DNA from: Eledone cirrhosa
Lineage: Eukaryota
Direction: 5' to 3'
Length of the DNA: 64,000 bases
Assembly: GCA_964016885.1 (NCBI GenBank)
Contig: OZ024747.1
Coordinates: forward strand, 71,672,001 to 71,736,000
Shown here: piece by piece, positions 26,121 to 38,145 of the stretch
How the letters are laid out: each line of letters begins with the position of its first letter
How positions within the stretch are numbered: the stretch's first letter is position 1
Position numbers and translations under genes: made by a program
The notes under the pieces: generated by a model
What the model was told of the DNA's origin: nothing
The model's input: only the letters and a program-made list of their open reading frames with translations
Database searches by the model: none

Positions 26121-27106
26121 GTAAAGCAGAGATTACAAAATATCTGTTGTTCATTTTCATGATCATAAGAGATCAAAGTGTTTAGAAGTAAAGGTTTTTG
26201 TTTCTTTTTAAATGTTTAATTTGTCTATGATGTTGAAGGACCTTTTGATCTTTCAACCCAGGTCATCTGATAAAAAAAGACAGGTAATCAAAGGCATTCC
26301 AGTTATGACCATCCTATTTTTTTCAAGCAGACTACATTTACAATGTCCTAATTGTAGGTGGTTGTTATATGAAGCACAATGTTTATTCTATTTTTATTAA
26401 TTAGACAATGACCATGCTGGAGCATCGCCTATAACGGCTTTAGACAATTATAGCGAGTCTAGTACTTTTTCTGATACTTATGTCATCATCCTGATAAGAT
26501 GAAATATAAAAGTCTTTCGTATTAGGGGAGATAATTCTGTAAGCCATAACCGTAGCTGGACAGGTTGCTGCAGTCCAAATCATCTCTTATTCATCGCTGC
26601 TATATTTCTACATATATGTATATACTTACACAAGAAAAGCTAAAGAAAAAGGAGATCTATTTAAAATATCTTTAAATGAGCAACAAAAGATTTTAAGTTT
26701 TTTTCATTTCAATTTTTTTTTTTTATTAAAAAAGAAAATAATAGTAAATATTTATAATATTTTGAAGTTAGCAGATTAGTGTTCAGTGTTCTAAAATAAT
26801 TAATGGAATGAAATTAAATCACAGATTTACAGCTGAAATAATTTATATGAATTTCTAAAAAGTGAGCTGGCTACCTTTTCTCCTTTATTTCACTAATGTA
26901 ACTGGACTGAAAGTTCTCTGATGTGAAGGAATTTTTATTATTTTTTTTTTTTTTTTTTGGTAGTTGTACTAGATGATTGTATTTTAAGTGGGGTGTTTTG
27001 GGCTGTATTTTGTTGTTGAGTAAGGTTTTGTAAAGAAATATATATATATATTGTACCAAGCCTCGTATACTATGTGGATCACCATTGAAGGATCTCTGGT
27101 ATATAG

Positions 27107-27167
27107 ATTTTTTTCTGATGATAGGATTAAATATTCTTAATATTTAATCCTATCATCAGAAAAAAAT
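27107..27167. repeat. Perfect hairpin, 29-bp arms and 3-nt loop
   Basis: ATTTTTTTCTGATGATAGGATTAAATATT-CTT-AATATTTAATCCTATCATCAGAAAAAAAT. Confidence 0.9.
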
Positions 27168-27358
27168 TACAGAGTATATGGTACTAATTTATCTGGTAGC
27201 TACAACATGGCAGAAACCAAATATTGAACGCAATTAAAGCCTAAAGTTTGTGTTCTTAGTACCGGTATAGTTGGTGGGTTCTAATTTTAATTATATTCAA
27301 TTGGCTAATTGTATTTTGTGCACTGTGTTTTTGGTTATTTTAGGGTTGTTGTATTTAA

Positions 27359-27578
27359 CCCTTTAGCATTTAAATCGGCCGTATCCGGCCAGAACTCTCT
27401 CACCTCTTACTGTTCAAACCAGCTGTAACTGGCCGCTCGTACCTACTTTAAGGTATTGTTCTCAAAATAATAACATCAAAATCTCGTAGATTCAATATTA
27501 TGTGAGATAATTATGTAAGAGAAAGTTTTTACTGTGAAAATACAATAATAAATATAGAATAATGTAAATGCTAAAGGG
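27359..27578. mobile_element. piggyBac-type MITE
   Basis: TTAA-CCCTTTAGCATTTA...TAAATGCTAAAGGG-TTAA: perfect 14-bp TIR and TTAA target duplication. Confidence 0.9.
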
Positions 27579-29324
27579 TTAATTGCTATATAAGAAGTTT
27601 CACATTACTTTTCTCGAGCTTTTGTCCACTGTCAAGTTATGAATATGATCTAAGAGTTTCTTAAAAATGATCATCTGGAACAACTAAATTTCATATCAAA
27701 TGTTCAAACACCTCATTCACAATTACTAGGAGGGTTGTTTAAGTCTGTTGAAATCTATGAGTATGACAGCTATTTCTTCCTGTTAGCATGGATGGGATGT
27801 TTAATGTTGGCTTTACCGTTAGATGCTTTTCCTGTTTCTAAACACTCAATTAAATAATGGAAATGGACATTTTTAATCAAGTAAGCAGAGTTATATATTT
27901 TTTACCAAGAGCACAACATAATGGTTGTTGTAAGGCTAGAACCTATAGCCATGTGATGATCAAGTTACCAGTAAGTAAACTCCACAGCTATCATACCTCA
28001 AGTATGTATGCATTAACAGAGTTATTGTATAGTGGCAAGAGTTACAAAACTATACAACTATAGAAGTGTGTATATGTGAGAATGTTTCAAACTTACAACA
28101 TATGTCTAAATCTGTAATTGTGAATAAATGATTGAAACATGATAATCTGACAAATACTGGCAACCTGTTTTTCCCACCTGAATGGCAGTATTTAATTTCT
28201 TCAAGTTATTTTACCAAGGTAGATTTTCTTATCAATTGAATAAGAATAACTGAAAAGAAAAATATATTAATTATAAAGCACAATCTCTTAATAAAACATC
28301 AAACTTAACCTGAAAGCTTGAATCTGACTAAAAACACTAAAATAGCTGAAAGAATACTAGATAAGCTAGGATACCATGTGGTTTAGTGTCGAGTGTCCTG
28401 GACTACTAACTAGTGTTTGCTTTTTTTCTGTTGTAAACGCTCTATCATCATCATTGTTTAACGTCCATTTTTCATGCTAGCATGGGTAGGACGTTCTGTC
28501 TCTTTGTAAGAGATCAGGTCGGAGGACCATGTTTCACTCACATAGAACTGATTTGGGCTTGGTTTCTACAGCTGGATGGCCTTCTTGTTAAAATGGTTCT
28601 GCTTTCTTTGGTGTAGAAACATCAGTAGATTTTTGTAAAAGTTCTTATATTCTTAAACTGCTTTTGTGAAGATATACAAAAGTAATTCAAAAGTTTGAAA
28701 AAAAGTAAGAAGCTTGCTGAACAGAAACATGGATTCATCTTCTACTAGACTCACAGTTACTGTTCAATTTAAGGTTACCACTACTAAAAGAAAATATGAT
28801 GTAAATTGAAAGATGATGGCTTTCTGAAATAGCCATACATCATATTATTTTGTATAACGTTTTAAAGAACAGAACTCTCTCTTATAATTAAAAAAATGAC
28901 ATTCAAATATTTTATTTCATTGAAAGGAGGTAACTATAAGAGTAGTCTCCCATGTAATGTTTTAGCAGTAAATATCTTTAAACGGGTTTCTTAATCCAAT
29001 TTTTTGTATTATCTTTACTAGTGGACAGATGTTAAAATTTTAAATTTCAATGTGATGCAGTTATTTTTCTGTTTTGTACTTTAGAAGAATGCATTGCTAA
29101 TGTGGTTTCATGCGGTACAGGATGTTAAAAGTTAAAGAATTTGGAGGGATTTACTAAAATTATTTATTTCATTATTGAGATAGCATTCGTAACATAACTT
29201 AACAAAAAAATTTTTTTATAAAATCATCTTGGAATATTCTAAATCAAATATAAATTCTTTGAAATAAATGGGTTTTGTTTCAGAGAACCGGAACTGATTT
29301 TAATGAAATTGGTACCAAAATCGG

Positions 29325-29880
29325 TTAAAGCTATTTTGCCGGTCCCGTAAAATAGACAAACATGCTTTTAAAGCTTATTTTAGTAGTAAATATAAATAGT
29401 GTTAGGTTACGGTTTAAATTATCTTAATAATTGGTGGTGAAAATAAATAAACTTCTGTGTTAAATCTGAGTTATTATTTTTAACATTACCTGCCTTAATA
29501 ATAATTGTTTCTACTTTTGGCACAAGGTCAGCAATTACCCCAGTACATTACTGGTATTTTATTTTATCGACTCCGTCAGGATGAAAGGCAAAGTTAACAT
29601 CGGCGGGATTTGAACTCAGAATGGCAAGGGCAATGATTTCTGATTTAGGCACAAGGCCAGCAATTTGAGAGGGAGGGGTAAATCGACCTCAGTGCATTAC
29701 TGGTGCTTTATTTTATCGAACCCGTAAAGATGAAAGGCAAAGCTAACCTCAGCGAGATTTGAACTCACACCGTAAACGGCTGCAATTCTATGCCGCAAAG
29801 CATAGTGTCCGACACTCTTAGCAACAAAATAGCCTAGGAGGGGGAGAGCTATTTTACCGGGACTGGCAAAATAGCCTCTT
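29325..29880. mobile_element. Inverted-repeat element interrupted by two minus-strand SINEs (about 29497-29820)
   Basis: GCTATTTTGCCGGTCCCGTAAAATAG (about 29330) and CTATTTTACCGGGACTGGCAAAATAGC (about 29850) are inverted. SINE consensus lies between them. Confidence 0.6.
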
Positions 29881-29958
29881 CCAATAAAATATCGATAGTC
29901 TCACAATGTCATTGAATTTTTATTCTTTTTACTGCATTCCAATCATCTCTCCATAGTA

Positions 29959-30162
29959 CAGTGTGTTCGCTTTTTACGCGAAGATGCATTCGTGAACGAG
30001 ACGCGTAAAGCAAATTCGTGTAATTCAAGTCTAATATTTCTGATAAATAAAAAAATAAAAAACCACACGCGTTATTCGCGCAAAGTAAATATTTAATATT
30101 TTTTCAAGACACGTTAAAGCGAATTTGCGTACTTCAAGTTGGCATAAAAAGCAAACAAACTG
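29959..30162. mobile_element. Tc1/mariner (Tigger/pogo-like) MITE
   Basis: TA-CAGTGTGTTCGCTTTTTACGC...GCATAAAAAGCAAACAAACTG-TA: imperfect TIR with TA target duplication and internal direct sub-repeats. Confidence 0.75.
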
Positions 30163-30412
30163 TACTCAGGACAGCGTTTATACAAAAACGAAGTACATTT
30201 ATTTTGCTTTCTTTTTAACCGACACTGAATATGTACTTATCACCATATATGAAGAGATTATAAACTGAATTTTTTATTAATAAATTTGTATTTTAATGAC
30301 TCCATGTTTTGTAAATATAAAAAATACAAGCACATTTAAACTACAGTACAGGTGATAGTCTTAATAAACAAACTGGCTAACAACAGACAAACAGTCAAGA
30401 GAATTACTTTAC

Positions 30413-30517
30413 CGATTGTATTAAAGATAGATTCTTTCTGTGTAAAGGAACAATTTCATTTCTTGGTTTCTTAAATGGAACAATCAATGATTCCGAAGCC
30501 TTTCTTTTAAGATCCAT
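30413..30517 (-). CDS. SNRNP40: First coding exon of a U5 snRNP 40-kDa (WDR57)-like gene
   Basis: ATG at 30517 gives MDLKRKASESLIVPFKKPRNEIVPLHRKNLSLIQS followed by a phase-0 GTAAAG donor. This resembles the SNRNP40 N-terminus as I recall it (KRKGPELPLVPVKRQRHEL...LLQA, exon boundary before GPPR). It sits next to a CpG-rich promoter. No downstream WD40 exon was found in the window. Confidence 0.65.
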
Positions 30518-30519
30518 AT

Positions 30520-30790
30520 TGAAGGAATAATAACAACCAGCACTACAGCGCTATTAGCTGTCAGTCAAAAGCAGCCGATGAAAGCAAAACATCGTTTATT
30601 TCCGTATTACTACCACGCGTAAGTGGAGTTACTTGGTGGTAATAATACGGAAATAAACGATGACGAATGACGTCACCTTCGGCTGCTTTCACGACTGACA
30701 GCTATATATCACGTGAACACAATTACATTATTCTTTCAAAAGGAAAAGTTTGGCGCCATTTTTCTCCCGGGAACAGATCAAATATCAACA
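30520..30790. promoter_or_regulatory. Probable bidirectional promoter
   Basis: Local CpG enrichment, CRE TGACGTCA (about 30668), E-box TCACGTGA (about 30709) and YY1-like GGCGCCATTTT (about 30752). It lies between a minus-strand ATG exon and a plus-strand GTAAGT donor at 30834. Confidence 0.6.
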
Positions 30791-31201
30791 AACGCATAAG
30801 AAAAGAAACAGTAAAAGCAAAAGATAAGAAAATGTAAGTAATATCAAATAATTATTAAAAACGTTATAGGAGTCGCATTACACGAATAATTAAGTTTCAT
30901 ACATGTTCAATATATGTGTGTATGTATATATATGTATTTTATGTGATGAAAGCGGTGGCCCTTAAAATAGGAATAAAATAAATATTGTTTTATAAATATA
31001 GTTTCCATTTATTAATATATTGTATATATATATGTATGTATGTATATATATATGTATGTAAAAAAAAATTATCAGCAATTAAATGAGATTTTATTGTTTT
31101 ATATTTTGTATCTCGGCTCTGTAATACATTTGGTAACTGGCTAGTACTTAGTACTACCATCCATATTTATAATCATATATAAGTATAAATATTATTATTA
31201 C

Positions 31202-31240
<39 letters not shown>

Positions 31241-31243
<3 letters not shown>

Positions 31244-32530
31244 GGAGGTGAGTTTTATTGTATTAACTATAACATCTCTTGGAAGAAGGTTTGTTCTGCT
31301 TCTTCATACTTGAATAGTTCTATATCCAATACATGCAATCTCTATTTATGTGAAAAATTTACCATTATATCTAATTTAGATTCTAGAATAAATAGACGCA
31401 CTGACTTGTTTTCTCTCTGCTTGCATAAATTCCACAGAACATTTCATAAAGTATACAGCGAATATCTAATACTTTATCAATTTAAAATCCTTTTCTCAAA
31501 GGCACATATATATATATATATATACATATATATTTCTTTAAAAATATACCCATCTTTCTACCTTATTTCAATGTTATTTATTATACATTATATAATACTA
31601 GTTACTCATTCTATCACTCCTATTTATCACTTCCCTTTCTTTCTTTTCTTTTTCTTTTAATTTCTAACCCCTAATCTGTACCTTTTCTTCCTAGATACTT
31701 CTCAATTATCATTGTGCCTAACGTAGAAACAATTATTACTCAGCACAATATATTCTTACTTTATATCACCTTGAAAAAATTCTTCGTAAACAAAAATTTT
31801 GTTGACGTTGGATTATTCATCCTCAATACATTATTTTTTTCTCCTTTTCATGCTCATCTAACTTATACATATTACACTTATTCATCCACTCTTCTACTTC
31901 TTTCACAATATATCCTTAATTACATTACTATTGCTATATTTTTATATTTTTTAATAACACATATCAACAATTTTTTCCATCGCACATATTATTAAACCCT
32001 TAAATATTATTCTTAATACATATTAACAATTTCTTTTCATCGCACATATTATTAAACCCTTAAATATACAACTTAATTTAACATTATTCTAAAAATTTTC
32101 TCTTCGTTAATTATCAAATTCTTTTAATTTATATATTATCTTCCAACGGTTTTTCAACCTCTCTATGTAAAACAATATATTTTTCTCAGTTATAAAAGCT
32201 ATCTCTCTCTCTCTCTATCACCCATCTCTCCTCCTATCTCATCCTTCCTCATTATACTCCTCCCCCTCCACTTTTTACTCATCTCCTCCTCTTTTTCATC
32301 CTTTCCAACCTCCTCCCCCCTCAATTTTTTTTCCAATATCACACATCAATCTAAAACTACTTTTCATATGTTGATTTGAAACTGCACTATTCACAAGTGT
32401 GTTTTAACCTTCATATCATGTCTCCCTATTTTATCTGACGAAAACGCAAATGTTATTGCATGATGATATTTGTTTTTGAAATGTGCATAATAAAATACAT
32501 GGAACTCTTTTAACCATCTTTTGATCTTAT
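31241..32530 (+). mobile_element. Degenerate Naiad-type Penelope-like element 3' end with hammerhead
   Basis: Translates NYNISWKKVCSASSYLNSSISNTCNLYLCEKFTII..RINRRTDLFSLCLHK, the same C-terminal motif as the 55.5-kb ORF. HHR at 32427-32497: TATTTTAT-CTGACGA-AAAC..GTTTT-GAAA-TGTGCA-TA-ATAAAATA. TA tracts on both sides. Confidence 0.8.
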
Positions 32531-32537
32531 ATATTAT

Positions 32538-32587
<50 letters not shown>

Positions 32588-32590
32588 ATA

Positions 32591-32835
32591 TATAATAATA
32601 AAGAAGATTATTTTTTTATACTTATTTCGAAGACATATGTCATTTGTATAATATCTGCCCTGCGTGTTTTCTTCCGACAAAAATCCATGCAAGATGTAAA
32701 TATCCGTTGATATGAGATATTCGTTGATATCCGTTGATATGAGAACACGTAGGGCAGATGTTATACAAATGAAATACGCAAAATAAAATAAATAGGGATG
32801 GGAAAATGATACCGTCTTTCTTGTTTATTATTATA
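32591..32835. mobile_element. Palindromic MITE-like element
   Basis: Terminal ATAATAATAAAGAAGA / TCTTTCTTGTTTATTATTAT and internal TCATTTGTATAATATCTGCCCT / AGGGCAGATGTTATACAAATGA inverted pairs. Confidence 0.6.
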
Positions 32836-33787
32836 ACCCGCCAAGGTTAACTTTGGCTTTCATCATTATGGGGTCGATAAAATAAAGTAATAGTAATACA
32901 CTGGGTAATTGCTAGCCTTGTGCCAAAGTAGAAACAATTATTATAATAAAACTCCGGATAAACATAAACTGTTGAGTGTTTGTCATCTCTTATGATGACA
33001 AACATATTTTCAATCAACCAACTTTCCTTAGTTGAATAAATATATGTATGTATGTATATATATATACGTATATTTTCTTTAATATTGCAACATTAAAGGA
33101 ATATATCCTTCTGAAAGAATCGTGAGCAATTTATAATGTTATTTAAGCATTGGTAATGTTATTTATGTATATATTTAAAACATATTTTCTGTTATTCTAC
33201 TGTAAATTTATTTATATGCTTTGCATATATTATATATACACAAATAATGAATCTGTATATCAAAACATCGTTTGTATTATTCAATCAGTTTATTGAACAA
33301 CTAGAATGCTCATTGTCAAGTACTTTATACATATATATATGTGTGTGTGTATGTATGTATGAATCTATGTATATATATATATGTGTGTATGTATATATAT
33401 ATGTGTGTATGTATATATATATATATGTGTGTGTATGCATGTGTGTGTGTATGCATATGTGTGTGTGTATGTATATTTATATATGTGTGTGTGTATGCAT
33501 ATATGTGTGTGTGTATGTATATATATGTGTGTATGTATATATATGTATATATATATATATGAAGATAAATTAACGGAGTCATATAGTCGCGTTATTCCCT
33601 GTAAATTATGTGCTCAAAGGGAAAGGAATCCTATACATATTGTATATGTATATATATATATATATATGCATGTATATATATATATATGCATGTATATATA
33701 TGTATATGTGTATATATATACATGTATATGTGTATTTGTATATATGTATATATATGAATGTATGTGTATATATATATAAATGTAATC

Positions 33788-34975
33788 TGAATAGTATGGT
33801 AGAATATTAAGTGTTAAATGTTAATTGAACAAGTACTTTCATGCTTTCGCAATCTTCAGGTCCATATTCTGTGGTGACAGTCAAGTTTGCAATTTTCAAC
33901 TGTAATGAGATGGGTAAATTTTGTTCCTTATATACAGTGAAAAGCGGCTACAGAATGCTAAATTTTGCAAACTGTATTTCGACCAATTGGTGTGTAGTTT
34001 CACTGGATTACTGAAGCTGATTGGTTTAGGCGTCATGGTTGGTTGAGCATGTCTAACAACTTCTATTTGGCCTATTCAAAGCATCAATTGTTTTGCTATT
34101 TTTAGAAATGATGTAAATAGCATTTTCTAGGGTTTTTATATCCCTAAGAATTTGTATTGTTCATTTAGCTTGGGTTGGAATTTATCAATAAAATTCTTTT
34201 CTTTGATTTTTCTCTTGATTGCACTTGGCCTGTGTAATTTGTAGAATGGAAATATTATAAATATTTTCTGACCACATGTTTCTAGATGGTTACTCAGGGG
34301 TATCTGACGGACATTTGGGTCTCTGATTTGCTGTCGGTGCACCCGTGCACGTTCTGATAGTGCATTTCCAGTTTGACCGACATATAGTTCTTCATAATTT
34401 GGGCATTTAATGCAGTAAATTAGATTTCTGCTTTTGCATTTGGGAATATTTTTCAAAATTTCAACTCAAGCTAAATGAACAATAATAATTCTTAGGGGTA
34501 TAAAAACCCTAGAAAAAGCTATTTTCATCATTTCTAAAAATAGCAAAACAATTGATGCTTTGACTAGGGCCAAATAGAAGTCGTTAGACATGCCCAAGCA
34601 ACCGTGATGCCTAAACCAATCAGCTTCAGTAATCCAGTGAAACTACACACCGATTGGTCGAAATACAGTTTGAAAAATGTAGCATTCTGTAGCCGCTTTT
34701 CACTGTATATAAGGCACAAAATTTACCCATCTCATTCCAGTTGAAAATTGTAAAATTGACTGTCACCACAGAATATGAACCTGAAGATTGCGAAAGCATG
34801 AGATTACTTGTTCAATTAACACTTAATACTTAATATTCTACCATACTATTTCATTCTAATACATTATAATTTTAAAGGATTATAAATAAAACGAGTAAAT
34901 CAGACAAAGTTGGAATTCCTTTTATTAATATAATCTTCTATACACAATCATACACACCCGTGTATATTTATTTAT
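33788..34975. mobile_element. Neptune-type Penelope-like element remnant: GIY-YIG fragment between inverted pLTRs
   Basis: 33790-34175 is the inverted copy of 34465-34852. Each arm has an HHR (plus arm 34776-34814: TGAAC-CTGAAGA-TTGC-GAAAG..CTT-GTTCA). TA tracts flank it. Confidence 0.9.
34136..34456 (-). pseudogene. GIY-YIG endonuclease C-terminal fragment of a PLE
   Basis: CKSRNLIYCIKCPN..LYVGQTG..LSERARVH...HLETC...KEKNFIDKFQPKLN. Confidence 0.88.
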
Positions 34976-34982
34976 ATATATG

Positions 34983-35039
<57 letters not shown>

Positions 35040-35041
<2 letters not shown>

Positions 35042-35350
35042 CTTTTAAGCTATTTTGTCGTATCTCTGTTCAGGAACACACCACTTATATTAAATTTATC
35101 TCCCTGGAGATAGTCTAAGAGACTGTAAAAGTCTAAGAGATTGGCTACATATCTGTAATGAATGTTGACCCACAATGTTTGAATATGTATCAATGTTTGA
35201 ATATGTATTTGGTATGTCTCTCGGCTGAAAAGGAGGTCATATAACTGTCCATGCATTAATAAATTGCTCCGAAGAATCCAAACCTCGGTTTGGAGGAAAC
35301 AGCTGTAAGCACAATAATGTTTTGAACAGTTCTTTGATTCTTATATTTCA
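35040..35350 (+). mobile_element. PLE pLTR with hammerhead (family shared with 52636-53112)
   Basis: TGCT-CCGAAGA-ATCCAAACctcgGTTTGGAG-GAAA-CAGCTG-TA-AGCA at 35265-35311. Confidence 0.8.
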
Positions 35351-35449
35351 TATGTTTTATATATATATTTTTTTTTGTTGTTTAGATGGAAGACAAAACA
35401 AAGAAGATGAATACAAAGATGAAGAAGAGAAAGATAAAGATGAAGAACC

Positions 35450-35737
35450 TCACTGCATCGCACTGCACAATACCGCACTGCACAACACCACACAGAACCG
35501 CACCGCACTGCACAACACCACACAGAACCGCACCGCACTGCACCACACCACAGTGCACCCCACCACATCACACCACACTTCACCACACCACATAAAAACA
35601 TACAACATTACACCACACTACTCCACACCACATAACACCACAACACAACACAACACAACACAACACACCACTCCTCACTACAACACAACACACCACTCCT
35701 CACTACAACACACCACACTACTCCACACGACATAACA
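35450..35737. repeat. Degenerate (CACCA/CACTA/CACAA)n pentamer tract; similar tracts at 36930-37290, 37555-37630, 38340-38555 and 41990-42160
   Basis: Read directly. Confidence 0.9.
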
Positions 35738-35741
35738 CCCA

Positions 35742-36930
35742 AAATTTTTTCCTCGTCTTTTTTTCATGTGTTATCAACTAATCTGATCTCCAAGATGTTT
35801 GTTATTGACTTTCTCTTCATGGAAAACTTAGGTGGATGCACTTCTCTCATTTAACCCCAGAGTTTTCTCTAAGATTTTTCGTATGTTATCAACGAATATG
35901 ACCTCCAAACCAGTTGGAAATGATTAGTTGTTCTAGGAAAAAGGAGGGGTAAAGCAAGTGGAAAAACCATTGTCGTTTTGTAGATATATTCCCTAATGAT
36001 TTTTCTTCGGTCTCCTTTTCAGTGCTATCAACTAATCTGACCTTTTAGTTGCTCTGAATCAATTTTTTTTTCCTGGGATTTGGAAACTAAAACTAAATTA
36101 AACATAAAATTAAATCTAGCCCCAACCCTAAACTCTAAATCTAAACCAAACGAAGCTAAATCTAAATATAAACATTACCCCAACCCTTAAACTAAACCCT
36201 AAACTATACCCCAACCATAAAATAAACCCTAAACTATACCCCAACCATAAAACTAAACCCTAAACATTACCCCAACCATAAAACTAAACCCTAAACTTTA
36301 CCCCAAACCTAAAACTAAACCCTAAACTTTACCCCAACCCTAAAACTAGACCCTAAACATTACCCCAGCCCTAAAACTAAACCCTAAACTTTACGCCAAT
36401 CCTAAAACTAAACCCTAAACCTAACCCAGGGAAATAAATTGATTGGAAGTATCTAGGTCAGATTAATTAATAGCACAGGAAATAGCATAGGAAATAGCAT
36501 AGGAATTAGCATAGGAATTAGCATAGGATTAGCATAGGAATTAGCATAGGAATTAGCATAGGAATTAGCATAGGAATTAGCATAGGAATTAGCATAGGAT
36601 TAGCATAGGAATTAGCATAGGAATTAGCATAGGAAATATACCGAAAATGATTAAGTCCCACAACATGTGAGTAGGGTGTAGATCTGCAAAACTCTTCCCC
36701 TCTCCCTCTCCTCTTTCTCCAAAGCTAGTTGTTTTTGACTGGTTTGGAAGTCATATTCACTGATAACGCATGAAAATAGAATCAAAGAGAAAATTCCGAG
36801 TAAGCAGGGGTTATCCGGGTGAAGAGGGAATCACCTCACCCCGCCGTTTTCCTGGGGGGAAAACGTCAGTTTCAAGCATCTTGGAGATTGGATTAGTTGA
36901 TAGCACATGAAAAATAGGATGAAAAAATTT
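35742..36930. mobile_element. Fold-back element with nested imperfect inverted arms and a central telomere-like (CCCTAAA-containing, about 31-bp unit) array
   Basis: Three inverted pairs: 35742-35810 / 36865-36930, 35880-35950 / 36695-36775, and 36020-36078 / 36424-36478. The core 36110-36427 is CCCCAACCCTAAAACTAAACCCTAAAC repeats. A 12-bp (AGCATAGGAATT)n expansion lies at 36480-36636. Confidence 0.75.
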
Positions 36931-37313
36931 CACATCACATCACACTACATCACATCTCGTCTCGTCTCACCTCATTTCACCACGCCACATTTCATCACAT
37001 TTCACCACACCACACCACATTTCATCACATCACATCACATTTCACCATGCCACATCACATCACATGCCATCACACCACATGCTACCACACTATATCCCAC
37101 CACACTCCACTACACCATATCCCCACCCTACATTGAACCACACTCCACTCCACCACACTCCACTCCACCACACTCCACTCCACCACACTCCACTACACCA
37201 CACCACTAAACCACACTCCACTACACTACACCACACCACTGTCCACTACACTAAACCACACTCCACTCCACTACACCACACCACTGTCTATTCGACTGTT
37301 TTCTATTTCGTAG

Positions 37314-37361
37314 GTATGTCCAGTTACAGTAAGAGAAAGAAAGTAATTTCAAAGGATCTGA
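37314..37361 (+). CDS. Candidate 48-bp exon (G)MSSYSKRKKVISKDL of an unknown divergently transcribed gene
   Basis: Acceptor TTTTCTATTTCGTAG, donor GTAAGT, length a multiple of three, open frame. No homology recognised. Confidence 0.4.
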
Positions 37362-37745
37362 GTAAGTAAACACTTCATTGACCATCATTTTAAGCAGAAT
37401 CTCAGTGATTACACCTCAGTCTTAACTTAATCACCTGTAGATGGATGCTACATGTAATGTTAAAATTAGTTAAACACTGTTTCCCCCCTTCTCATCACAT
37501 GTGGATGCTACATGTGTATTGTTAACATTAATCTAACGTTGTGTCCCCCCCCCCCGCCTCACCATATCATACCACACCACATCACACCATGTTGTACCAC
37601 ACCAGACCACATAACACCATGCTATACCATATATATATATATATATGAGCTCCCCACTCGTTATATTAACTGTATCTCCTCGGTGTTTCGTGAAAGTCTG
37701 AGTGATCAGCTATATATTTGTTTACAATTTTTTTTAAATATTTAG

Positions 37746-37846
37746 ATGGAAAAGAAGAAAAAGACGATGAAGCAGATGACTAAAATGAAAATGACAACAA
37801 AGACAAAGAAGACACAGGAAACGAAGATGACGAAAAGAAGAAGAAA
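37746..37846 (+). pseudogene. Candidate acidic exon (GKEEKDDEADD*NENDNKDKED...) with in-frame TAA
   Basis: TTTAG acceptor, D/E/K-rich purine-rich sequence and GTATGA donor-like end. Paralogous to the modules at 35386 and 38146. Confidence 0.35.
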
Positions 37847-38145
37847 GTATGATCTCAGTTCAGTCTAAACCTAATGATTTATAGATATGATCTTAGTTCA
37901 GTCTTAACCTAATGATTTATAGATATGATCTATTTAGGTTTAACTTAAACATTCAAAGATATTTGTATATACTTTTGTTGATGTTTGACATTGTTTTTTA
38001 GTTATGAAATAGCTTATAAGCTACATTATAGGATCACAGTGCATGAGCACACTGCTCTTTAAATTAACTTTATCTCCTCAGCACTTTGTAAAGTCTGAGA
38101 GATAGGCAACATATATGTTTTACATTCTTTGTTTTTGGTATTTAG

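Noticed and set aside
36110-36427. True telomere or chromosome fusion site
   Set aside because: A degenerate 31-bp unit in a single orientation, enclosed by inverted arms of a dispersed element.
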